DNA of 32,000 nt from Pseudoalteromonas translucida KMM 520. Its GTDB lineage: Bacteria; Pseudomonadota; Gammaproteobacteria; Enterobacterales; Alteromonadaceae. Position numbers and translations under genes: made by a program. The notes under the pieces were generated by a model. That model was given only the letters and a program-made list of their open reading frames with translations, was not told the origin of the DNA and did no database searches. Positions 1-7,573 of the stretch are shown piece by piece (within the stretch, counting starts at the first letter, position 1; each line of letters begins with the position of its first letter). The stretch lies in assembly GCF_001465295.1 (NCBI RefSeq), contig NZ_CP011035.1:630001-662000 (forward strand), read 5' to 3'.

Positions 1-146
1 AACTACCTTACGACGGCAGCACTTTAACGGTAAACTTTGATGATTGGATGTACTTGGTAACACAAACGCGCTTGATAAACCGTACGTCTATTGTTAAGTT
101 TGGTATCGAAGTTGGGGAAGTTACTTTGGTTATCGAAAAAATATAG
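1..146 (+). CDS. 3' end of an unidentified CDS entering from the left window edge (ends ...VKFGIEVGEVTLVIEKI*)
   Basis: Frame 3 is open from nt 3 to TAG at 144-146. The other two + frames hit stops within about 40 nt. Only 47 codons are visible and I recognise no family. Confidence 0.3.
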   Translation, partial: LPYDGSTLTVNFDDWMYLVTQTRLINRTSIVKFGIEVGEVTLVIEKI

Positions 147-355
147 CTTATGACTCTGTGGCTTAAATTGCGTTAAAATTGCACTTAAATTAAGTCTTTG
201 TTAACTCAACACGCTGTATTTTACCGATAATTATTTTAATTTTACGCATTTTATAAGATTTTAAGCAAAAAATGCAATTTGCTGTTGCTAACTCTTCAAA
301 AATGCATAAAGATAGGTTTTGCGAAGGCAAAATAATAACGAATAGGAATCAAATA

Positions 356-631
356 ATGAATAAAGCTCAATTAGTTGAAAAAATTGCTACTGATGCAGAA
401 ATCTCTAAAGCCGCTGCTACACGCGCTCTTGACGCGTTTACTGGCGCTGTAACTTCTTCTTTAAAAGAAGGTGATTCAGTAGCGTTAGTTGGTTTTGGTA
501 CTTTTTCAGTTAAAGAACGTGCAGCACGTACTGGCCGTAACCCACAAACGGGTGCTGAGATCCAAATCGCAGCGGCAACTATCCCAAGCTTTAAAGCAGG
601 TAAAGGTCTTAAAGACCAAGTAAACCTTTAA
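356..631 (+). CDS. hupB: Nucleoid protein HU, beta-subunit-like (90 aa)
   Basis: [11 protein letters not shown]...[45 protein letters not shown] is near-colinear with E. coli HupB as I remember it. I moved the start from the ORF-track 272 to ATG 356, which has AGGA 10 nt upstream and gives the canonical 90-aa length. Confidence 0.95.
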   Translation: MNKAQLVEKIATDAEISKAAATRALDAFTGAVTSSLKEGDSVALVGFGTFSVKERAARTGRNPQTGAEIQIAAATIPSFKAGKGLKDQVNL

Positions 632-646
632 TTGTAGGTTTATCTA

Positions 647-674
647 ATTAAATGAAAAGAGGGCCTTTTAGCCC
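647..674 (+). terminator. Rho-independent terminator after hupB
   Basis: AGGGC (651-655) pairs with GCCCT (662-666), followed by a T8 run, 20 nt after the hupB stop. Confidence 0.6.
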
Positions 675-742
675 TTTTTTTTATGCCTAAAATATTTGTC
701 AGCCTTGTTAATATTACAATCACATTTAATAATTGTAATAAA

Positions 743-771
743 GTTAATCCACCTTAATAAAGTGGATTAAC
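743..771 (-). terminator. Hairpin terminator downstream of ilvH (usable in both directions)
   Basis: 10-bp perfect stem GTTAATCCAC (743-752) / GTGGATTAAC (762-771) with T-rich flanks on both strands. It lies 11 nt past the ilvH stop. Confidence 0.5.
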
Positions 772-781
772 TTTTAGTTAT

Positions 782-1282
782 TTATTTGGCTTTTAGGGCT
801 TTATCGCCACGGCCAATGCCAACTGCACCAGAACGTACTACTTCAATAATGTCGGTTTCGTGGCGTAGCGTATCTAAAAATGATTCAATTTTATCTGTGC
901 TACTCACTAACTGTAGGCTATAGCTTAATCGGCCCATATCTAAAATAGTCCCTTGAAATACATCTGCTACGCGGGTAACTGCTGCGCGTGTTGTTTCGTC
1001 TTGGGCAAATACTTTAACCAATAATAGTTCACGCTCAATGTGGCTCATTTCGGTTAAATCAATAATTTTTAGTACATCAACAAGCTTGTTTACCTGTTTG
1101 GTTATTTGCTCTACTACGCGGTCATCACCCATAGTGGTAATAGTAATGCGCGATAAAGACTGATCATCCGTTGTGCCAACTGTTAGGCTGTCGATGTTAT
1201 AAGCACGCTGCGAAAATAACCCTACAATACGCGACAGTGCTCCTGGTTCGTTTTCTAATAATATAGATAAAATACGACGCAT
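782..1282 (-). CDS. ilvH: Acetolactate synthase (AHAS III) small regulatory subunit
   Basis: [35 protein letters not shown]... matches the E. coli IlvH N-terminal ACT domain almost residue for residue. Its start overlaps the ilvI stop by 1 nt (TAATG). Confidence 0.95.
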   Translation of the reverse strand: MRRILSILLENEPGALSRIVGLFSQRAYNIDSLTVGTTDDQSLSRITITTMGDDRVVEQITKQVNKLVDVLKIIDLTEMSHIERELLLVKVFAQDETTRAAVTRVADVFQGTILDMGRLSYSLQLVSSTDKIESFLDTLRHETDIIEVVRSGAVGIGRGDKALKAK

Positions 1283-3006
1283 TATGCTTTTACTCCTTTA
1301 CGTAGCCACATCTCATCAATGCCACCAAACTTAATTTGCATTGGGTATACATGTTCTTTTTCGTCTACAAGAATGTCTAAAAACACTAAACGATCGTTAA
1401 TCGACATGGCTTTATCGATAGCTGGTTGTAACTCGTCTAGGGTGTTTACTTTGATACCTACATGACCGTAGCTTTCTACTAATTTAACAAAATCAGGCAG
1501 CGACTCCATGTAAGATGATGAATGACGCCCGCCATATACCATGTCTTGCCATTGGCGCACCATGCCTAAAGAGCGATTATTTAACGACACGACTTTTACC
1601 GCTAAGTTATATTGCAAACACGTAGCTAGCTCTTGAATATTCATTTGAATAGAACCGTCGCCAGTAATACATACCGATTCTTTATCCGGAAAAGCAAGTT
1701 TTACACCCATGGCTGCAGGTAGGCCAAAGCCCATAGTGCCAAGGCCGCCTGAGTTGATCCACTGACGCGGATGTTTAAACGGGTAATACTGGGCTGCAAA
1801 CATTTGATGTTGGCCAACATCAGAGCTTACATAAGCGTCGCCATTGGTTGCTTTATAAACTGCTTCAATAACGGCTTGCGGTTTAATTGCATCACCATCG
1901 GTGTTATAGCTTAAGCACTTTTGTTCGCGCCAGCTGATAATTTGACGCCACCAGTCTTCTTGGGCGCTGCGATCAATTTGAATAGGGCTTTTATCAATAC
2001 CAGCTTGTAGTTGCTCTAGTACGGTTGCAAGGCAGCCAACCACTGGAATATGGGCTTTAATTGTTTTAGAAATAGACGTAGGATCAACATCTACATGCAC
2101 TATGGTGGCGTTGGGGCAAAATTTTTGTACGTTATTGGTAACCCGATCATCAAAACGTGCTCCTAATGCTAAAATTACATCGGCATTAGCCATGGCTTTG
2201 TTGGCTTCAAGGGTGCCGTGCATACCTAACATGCCGACAAAGTTTGGATGCACACCTGAAATGCCACCTAGCCCCATAAGGGTATTGGTAATTGGTGCAT
2301 TTAGTGACTCTACCAAGTGAGTTAATTGCTCAGAAGTGTTTGAAATTACAATTCCGCCGCCAGAGTACACTACCAGTTTTTTTGCTTCTAGGATGGCGGT
2401 AACGGCTTTGCGTATTTGTTTTGAGTGGCCTTTAGTGTTTGGGTTATAAGTTCTTAAATCGGTAGATTTAGGAAATTCATAATCAAACTTTATCTCAGGG
2501 TTTAGCATGTCTTTTGGCAGCTCTACTACCACGGGGCCTGGGCGGCCTGTGCTGGCAATATAAAAAGCTTTAGCTAAAATAGTTGGGATATCTTTTGCGC
2601 TTCTGCAGTTAAAGCTGTGCTTTACTATAGGGCGCGAACAGCCAACGATATCGGTTTCTTGAAAAGCATCATCGCCAATTAAATTGGTAGGTACTTGCCC
2701 CGATAGCACGACCATAGGAATGGAGTCCATATAGGCAGTAGCAATGCCGGTGATACAGTTTGTAGCACCTGGACCTGATGTTGCCAGTACCACGCCTACG
2801 TCGCCAGTAGCACGCGCATAGCCATCGGCCATATGTGTCGCGGCTTGCTCATGACGAACTAAAATATGCTCAATGTCGTCTTGCTGAAAAAGCGCATCGT
2901 ATAAATCTAATACTGAGCCCCCGGGGTAGCCAAATATGTATTTAACCTTTAATTCTTTTAATGCCTGAACAACTAGTTCAGAACCATTATATTGTTGTTT
3001 GCTCAT
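1282..3006 (-). CDS. ilvI: Acetolactate synthase (AHAS III) large catalytic subunit
   Basis: Colinear with E. coli IlvI ([38 protein letters not shown] ThDP motifs). I chose ATG 3006 ([10 protein letters not shown]...), preceded by GAGGAA, rather than the ORF-track 3036. Confidence 0.95.
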   Translation of the reverse strand: MSKQQYNGSELVVQALKELKVKYIFGYPGGSVLDLYDALFQQDDIEHILVRHEQAATHMADGYARATGDVGVVLATSGPGATNCITGIATAYMDSIPMVVLSGQVPTNLIGDDAFQETDIVGCSRPIVKHSFNCRSAKDIPTILAKAFYIASTGRPGPVVVELPKDMLNPEIKFDYEFPKSTDLRTYNPNTKGHSKQIRKAVTAILEAKKLVVYSGGGIVISNTSEQLTHLVESLNAPITNTLMGLGGISGVHPNFVGMLGMHGTLEANKAMANADVILALGARFDDRVTNNVQKFCPNATIVHVDVDPTSISKTIKAHIPVVGCLATVLEQLQAGIDKSPIQIDRSAQEDWWRQIISWREQKCLSYNTDGDAIKPQAVIEAVYKATNGDAYVSSDVGQHQMFAAQYYPFKHPRQWINSGGLGTMGFGLPAAMGVKLAFPDKESVCITGDGSIQMNIQELATCLQYNLAVKVVSLNNRSLGMVRQWQDMVYGGRHSSSYMESLPDFVKLVESYGHVGIKVNTLDELQPAIDKAMSINDRLVFLDILVDEKEHVYPMQIKFGGIDEMWLRKGVKA

Positions 3007-3035
3007 CCTCATTCCTCTGCCGTTATTTTTATGCA

Positions 3036-3068
3036 TAAAAAAACCCCCGCATGGGGCGGGGGTTTTTA
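3036..3068 (-). terminator. Attenuator terminator of the ilvIH leader
   Basis: On the minus-strand RNA, CCCCCGC (3062-3056) pairs with GCGGGGG (3050-3044) around a 5-nt loop, followed by U7 (3043-3037). It sits between the leader peptide stop and the ilvI RBS. Confidence 0.75.
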
Positions 3069-3085
3069 AAAAGCAGTATCACCTT

Positions 3086-3157
3086 TCAATACATCCCCGC
3101 TGGGCTTATAACTAAGACCAGTACGAGTACGACTAATAGGCGAATTGTAGTATTCAT
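3086..3157 (-). CDS. ilvIH leader peptide, 23 aa: MNTTIRLLVVLVLVLVISPAGMY
   Basis: I translated ATG 3157 to TGA 3086-3088 by hand. 12 of 23 residues are Leu, Val or Ile, in a run of 11 consecutive codons. A terminator hairpin follows immediately. The ORF is too short for the supplied track. Confidence 0.7.
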   Translation of the reverse strand: MNTTIRLLVVLVLVLVISPAGMY

Positions 3158-3218
3158 AATTAATTACTCTATTACAAAGCGTTAATACTGCTTTAAACTA
3201 AAATTGTGTATGTGGTTA

Positions 3219-3247
3219 TTTTTAAGGGTTTTGAGAGAGTATGTCAA
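3219..3247 (-). promoter_or_regulatory. Candidate sigma-70 promoter for the ilv leader
   Basis: On the minus strand, TTGACA (3247-3242), a 17-nt spacer and TAAAAA (3224-3219). This would give a leader RNA of about 175 nt. Confidence 0.4.
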
Positions 3248-3371
3248 CCGTGAAATGGCTTTTTTGCATTGTTTTTTCTCACTATGCTGTTTTTGTGCTG
3301 GGATTAGTTGTTTTTTGAAGTTTGCAAGTGGGTATAAGGAGGTTTTATGCAGTTTTATAAGTTGGTGTATT

Positions 3372-3397
3372 AAAAAGCCAGCAATTGCTGGCTTTTT
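3372..3397. terminator. Bidirectional terminator downstream of the isocitrate dehydrogenase gene
   Basis: A5-GCCAGC-AATT-GCTGGC-T5 is a perfect hairpin with A and T runs, 48 nt past the stop at 3445. Confidence 0.7.
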
Positions 3398-3444
3398 ATA
3401 TCAGTACGCTTACAAGTACTTATGTATGTACTTTATACTTTATA

Positions 3445-4452
3445 TTACAAACGGTCGATAACAGCTTGAGTAAAGTCTGTTGTACCGTGGCTGCCGCCTA
3501 AATCGCGAGTAGTACGATCGCCTGACTTAATCACATCAGCAACTGCACTTCTAATGCGCTCTGCGGTGTCGCCCATATTTAAATGCTCAAGCATTTGAAT
3601 AGACGCTAAAATTACTGAAGTAGGGTTAGCTAGGTTTTTACCTGCAATATCAGGCGCACTGCCGTGTACTGCTTCGAAAATTGCAGTATCTTCGCCAATG
3701 TTAGCACCTGGTGCCATGCCTAAGCCGCCAACTAAACCAGCACATAGGTCTGATAAAATATCACCAAATAAGTTTGTGGTTACTATTACGTCAAACTCTT
3801 CTGGCGTCATTACTAGTTTCATACAGGTTGCATCAACAATCATTTCGGTTGATTCAATTTCTGGGAAACGTTCTGCAACTTCACGCGCTACTTTTAAAAA
3901 TAGGCCTGATGTAGATTTTAAAATATTTGCTTTATGTACCGCTGTTACTTTTTTACGGCCTTCACGTACTGCTAGCTCGTAAGCAAACGTTACGATTTTT
4001 TCTGCGCCTTCGCGAGTAATAACAGATTTTGCTTCTGCTTCGTTACCATCTTCACTTACAATTTGACCAGCGCCAGAGTACATACCTTGGGTGTTTTCAC
4101 GAATAGTAATGATATCAATATCATCATAACGCGCTTTTGTGCCTACAAACGATTTAACAGGACGTACGTTTGCGTACAAACCAAATTGCTTACGTAGTGT
4201 TACGTTTATAGAGGTAAAGCCTTCACCAACTGGCGTTGTTAAAGGACCTTTTAAGGTGATTTTGTTTTTAGCGATAGTATCGATTGTGTCTTGCGGAAGT
4301 AACTCACCTGTTTTTTCAAGTGCAGCTAGGCCAGCATCAACAAATTCATAATCAAAATCGCATCCTGCGGCTTTTAGTATTTCAAGTGCTGAGTCGATAA
4401 TGCTCGGGCCGATGCCGTCGCCTTTGATCACTGTTATGGTTTGTTTGGCCAT
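3445..4452 (-). CDS. Short (335 aa) isocitrate/isopropylmalate dehydrogenase family enzyme, most like NAD-dependent IDH3-type isocitrate dehydrogenase
   Basis: ITVIKGDGIGPSI, SINVTLRKQFGLYANVRP, NLFGDILSD and GSAPDIAG are beta-decarboxylating dehydrogenase motifs. The LRKxFxLYANVRP block resembles mitochondrial IDH3 more than LeuB or the 416-aa Icd. Start set to ATG 4452 (MAKQTITV), which has AGGA upstream. Confidence 0.8.
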   Translation of the reverse strand: MAKQTITVIKGDGIGPSIIDSALEILKAAGCDFDYEFVDAGLAALEKTGELLPQDTIDTIAKNKITLKGPLTTPVGEGFTSINVTLRKQFGLYANVRPVKSFVGTKARYDDIDIITIRENTQGMYSGAGQIVSEDGNEAEAKSVITREGAEKIVTFAYELAVREGRKKVTAVHKANILKSTSGLFLKVAREVAERFPEIESTEMIVDATCMKLVMTPEEFDVIVTTNLFGDILSDLCAGLVGGLGMAPGANIGEDTAIFEAVHGSAPDIAGKNLANPTSVILASIQMLEHLNMGDTAERIRSAVADVIKSGDRTTRDLGGSHGTTDFTQAVIDRL

Positions 4453-4614
4453 TAACTTATCCTTTAAAGAGTTTGATTTGCACATAAATTGTGGCTCCGA
4501 GGGAGCAACTGCTTGTTAGAAAATTTATGTGAACGAGCTTGAGAATTTAAGGGCGCATTTATACCAATTATTAAGTCATTTTGCCAGTTTATACTATTAA
4601 TACTGGGTATAAGC

Positions 4615-4639
4615 GCTGCTTATAGTTAAAATAAGCAGC
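4615..4639 (-). terminator. Hairpin abutting the stop codon of the 560-aa gene
   Basis: 9-bp stem GCTGCTTAT (4615-4623) / ATAAGCAGC (4631-4639), directly next to the TAA at 4640-4642. There is no clear U-run. Confidence 0.35.
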
Positions 4640-6322
4640 TTAAATACTATCAAACAAAGCTAATGTTTGAAGTTTGTCATAAAAATCGGCTTGATTGTCC
4701 CAGCCCTGGGTTATTAATTGCTGCTTAAGTGTTTGCTGTTGCCAAGGTGTTAATGCTGTTTTTGGCTTAAACACACTCTGCGCCACGACTTTAAATGCTA
4801 CCCATAACTTACTTTGCTCAGTGAGTTCGTTTTTAGCTACTTGTTCGGCATCTAATAATGCAAAGGTCCATGGGTTATCACTTAAAAGCGCTGATAACTG
4901 CTGATTTAAATGCTTACTACTCATGTCCTCTATACCAAAAAATGCGCATATAGGTGTATCGGATGATTTATTGGGTGTGTGCGCTATGGGCGTTTTTCTT
5001 GAAAGTTGCGTACTGCAATGTATTAATAAGTAATGTGTGTAAGCATATAAAGGCAAACAAATGTGCTCAAACTGATATTGCTTATTATTATAGACTAATA
5101 GTTTCATTATATCGACCATACACTTGAGTCGATTAACTAAAAAAGCATGTAAAGGATGGGGAATAGCAAAAACCAATTGCTCAAATACCACGCGCTGTAT
5201 AATAGCTGGGGCATGATTGTAGCCAACCATAGACAAACTATGCTTTAAATTTTTAGCGGCTTGATGCTCTTTGTTGTATGGTTTAACTGCTTGGCATAAA
5301 CGCTTAATAACATTAGGGTGTGGGGCTAATAAAGTATTTATATTATTAAAACTATACTCTTGCTGCAGTTTAATAAGCCCAATGAGATCATATAATGTGT
5401 TTTGGGTGCTGGGGATTACGGCTTTTATATTTACATATTCAGTATCCCACACTTTATAAAGTATGCGTTTATCAGTGCATTGCCATTGTACAGCGTTGTC
5501 GGTAAGTGTTGCTTTTACACGGTACCAGACTATTTTGTTCTTTAAGCATTTAATCAGTATGTGGCGTTGCTGAACATCGGTTGCTAAATAAATCATTGCT
5601 TGTTCGGCATATAAAATTCGGCTCCCGGGGAGCAAAGGGCCAATATGCGCAATTAATGATTTTAAGAGTCGCTGAGCAAATAAATTGGGGGTTCGCAAAT
5701 ATAAGTCGCCTATTGCTCTATAAAAATTTATTTGCTGATTTGCCGCATTACACGTGAGGTTAACCGCCAAAATATTAGCTAACGCCACAATTATTGTGCC
5801 GCCATCGTATAACATTATTTTAGGGGTGCTTACTAAGGCGTGTTTATATTTACTTAATTTAGCTAATACTTGAGTAATACTATAGGCAGGTTGTTTTGCG
5901 GTTAGTAATACGCGCGCTGCGAGTTTGTGGCGTAATTGCCATATTTGGCTTTCGGTACTGGTAAACGCTATTTGTTTGGATAATTTATTAAGTTGAGCGC
6001 CTACGCACAAATGCTCAATTAATGACGCACTAATATACAACTCACTTAGTTCGTCATCGTAATCTTGGCTTACACACAGTGCTGTTGTTAAAATACATTG
6101 GCTAACTATAAGGTTAGTAGCAAAGTCGTACTGGGTTTTATAAAGCATGAGTTGTGCTTGTAGAGCACATGGGTTTTGCTTATAAAGGGTCCGGTATTGC
6201 TCTGCAAGTTTGCACACTAGCGGATAAAAGGTAGGCCATTGGTTTTTATTATTGTACGAAGCTAAAAATAACTGCGTATGCTCGAGCAACCTTTTTAGCT
6301 TTATTGATACAGGCTCATCCAT
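4640..6322 (-). CDS. Orphan 560-aa cytoplasmic protein. The N-terminal half looks like a degenerate HD-type fold and the C-terminal half looks HDOD-like.
   Basis: Long uninterrupted ORF with no TM segment or signal peptide. Residues about 70-115 (ATNLIVSQCILTTALCVSQDYDDELSELYISASLIEHLCVG) follow the HD-domain pattern, with EH in place of HD. Residues about 300-400 (IPSTQNTLYDLIGLI...INTLLAPHPNVIKRLCQAV...NLKHSLSMVGYNHAPAIIQRVV) follow the HDOD pattern. Both are pattern matches by eye only. Confidence 0.75.
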   Translation of the reverse strand: MDEPVSIKLKRLLEHTQLFLASYNNKNQWPTFYPLVCKLAEQYRTLYKQNPCALQAQLMLYKTQYDFATNLIVSQCILTTALCVSQDYDDELSELYISASLIEHLCVGAQLNKLSKQIAFTSTESQIWQLRHKLAARVLLTAKQPAYSITQVLAKLSKYKHALVSTPKIMLYDGGTIIVALANILAVNLTCNAANQQINFYRAIGDLYLRTPNLFAQRLLKSLIAHIGPLLPGSRILYAEQAMIYLATDVQQRHILIKCLKNKIVWYRVKATLTDNAVQWQCTDKRILYKVWDTEYVNIKAVIPSTQNTLYDLIGLIKLQQEYSFNNINTLLAPHPNVIKRLCQAVKPYNKEHQAAKNLKHSLSMVGYNHAPAIIQRVVFEQLVFAIPHPLHAFLVNRLKCMVDIMKLLVYNNKQYQFEHICLPLYAYTHYLLIHCSTQLSRKTPIAHTPNKSSDTPICAFFGIEDMSSKHLNQQLSALLSDNPWTFALLDAEQVAKNELTEQSKLWVAFKVVAQSVFKPKTALTPWQQQTLKQQLITQGWDNQADFYDKLQTLALFDSI

Positions 6323-6334
6323 TATGCCGTTTCC

Positions 6335-6718
6335 CTAACCTGGTTTTAGATATTGATCGTAAGCACTGGGACCCCATAAAATGAGCTGCCCGTTTTTAAA
6401 TAATAAGCCGGTACATTCATCTATAGTAGTAATACCGTCAGATGTTTTATGCTGAGTACGATAAAAAACAATTTGCCATACTTGGTCCTCATCACGCTTA
6501 GCAAAGGTAAGATCTGGGCTACCTAAATATTCGAGTACACTATTGAGGGTTGCAGTGTCTTCTATTTTTAGCTTTTCGATATAGCGTTTATTATAGGCTT
6601 CTCTGTCTTGCCAAATCATAGCTTGTGGATCATCTTTATAAAAAACGATCACTAACGTGGCTATTAGCGCATAAAGCCCTAAACCTAAAATTAAATATCT
6701 AAAAAACTTTTTGAACAT
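6335..6718 (-). CDS. Small membrane-anchored protein, DUF3192-like (127 aa)
   Basis: N-terminal TM helix (YLILGLGLYALIATLVIVF) followed by a soluble domain ending ...LLFKNGQLILWGPSAYDQY. The DUF3192 assignment is from memory. It ends 12 nt before the start of the 560-aa gene. Confidence 0.7.
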   Translation of the reverse strand: MFKKFFRYLILGLGLYALIATLVIVFYKDDPQAMIWQDREAYNKRYIEKLKIEDTATLNSVLEYLGSPDLTFAKRDEDQVWQIVFYRTQHKTSDGITTIDECTGLLFKNGQLILWGPSAYDQYLKPG

Positions 6719-6787
6719 TACTTACTCTACTAACCATCACTGCTAATAGTATACGTATTGTCGTACGGCAGTGCTATTAACTTGCGA

Positions 6788-7573
6788 CTAATTAAGCCTT
6801 AACTGCTTTAAACTAAAGCCTAAGTTTATATCGGTGCGTAAACTAACCAGTTGTTTTGAAATAACATACATATCCATATTTTCAGTTAGTTTTTTACGTA
6901 AACTGTCACTAAGGGCATCGTCTTTGAGTGCAACCTCGACAGAGCTATAGTTATTAACCAGTAGTTGCGCCGATTTAGTGCCTATGCCTTTCACGCCCGG
7001 AATATCATTGGTTTTATCGCCAGCAAGTGCCCAAAACTCAACTAGTTTTTTTTGCTCAACGCCAAAGCGTTGCTTAATACTATCTTGGTCTAAGTAATAC
7101 TTTTTAAAATAATCATATACAGTTATATGCTCATTTAAAAAAGGTAAAAAGCCTTTATCAGTTGAGACAACCACACTGCTGATATTGTTATGTGCTGCCT
7201 TATTTGCCAGGGTTGCAATAATATCATCAGCTTCATCGTTTATTGGTTCAAACACTACAATACCGGTTTCTTCAATGGCGGCTTTAAATTGCGCTAACGC
7301 ATCTTTTAGTATTTGCGGCATAGGGGCACGGGAGTGTTTGTAATCTTTATAAAAATGATAGCGCCAACTTTTATCTCCATCAAATACGGCAATGGCATGG
7401 GTTGCTTTAGTGCTGTTTAAAAGTTTTGAGCAGGCATGCGCTACACGCGCGCAGCTTGCTTTTAGCATTTGCTCGTCACTGTGATGCTTTTGATTCGCGT
7501 CTACCGCGTAAATGCGCCTAATTAAATTAAGCGCATCAATAAGTAATAAGTGGGGTTTCAATACAGAACTCAC
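6788..7573 (-). CDS. xni: Flap endonuclease Xni (ExoIX)
   Basis: LLLIDALNLIRRIYAV, STDKGF and GVKGIGTKSAQLL are colinear with E. coli Xni/YgdG. The GTG start overlaps the ppnN TGA (GTGA). Confidence 0.9.
   Translation of the reverse strand: MSSVLKPHLLLIDALNLIRRIYAVDANQKHHSDEQMLKASCARVAHACSKLLNSTKATHAIAVFDGDKSWRYHFYKDYKHSRAPMPQILKDALAQFKAAIEETGIVVFEPINDEADDIIATLANKAAHNNISSVVVSTDKGFLPFLNEHITVYDYFKKYYLDQDSIKQRFGVEQKKLVEFWALAGDKTNDIPGVKGIGTKSAQLLVNNYSSVEVALKDDALSDSLRKKLTENMDMYVISKQLVSLRTDINLGFSLKQLRLN

Noticed and set aside
272-355. N-terminal extension of hupB (ORF-track start at 272). There are similar extensions for ilvI (3007-3036), IDH (4453-4485), ppnN (8914-8919) and the GntP permease (22430-22450).
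   Set aside because: In each case an internal ATG with a proper SD reproduces the conserved N-terminus and length of the family. The extensions add non-homologous residues.
147-355. Short direct repeats TTAAATTGCG / TTAAAATTGCA and AATGCAAT-like words upstream of hupB
   Set aside because: They are short, imperfect and in very AT-rich promoter DNA. They could be regulator sites, but I cannot distinguish them from chance.
3204-3461. 85-aa + strand ORF (MCMWLFLRVLREY...) from the ORF track
   Set aside because: It lies entirely in the ilv-leader promoter and IDH terminator spacer and runs through the 3372-3397 terminator hairpin. It is Cys/Phe/Leu-rich and of low complexity, has no SD, and overlaps the end of the IDH gene. 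I judge it a chance ORF in AT-rich DNA.
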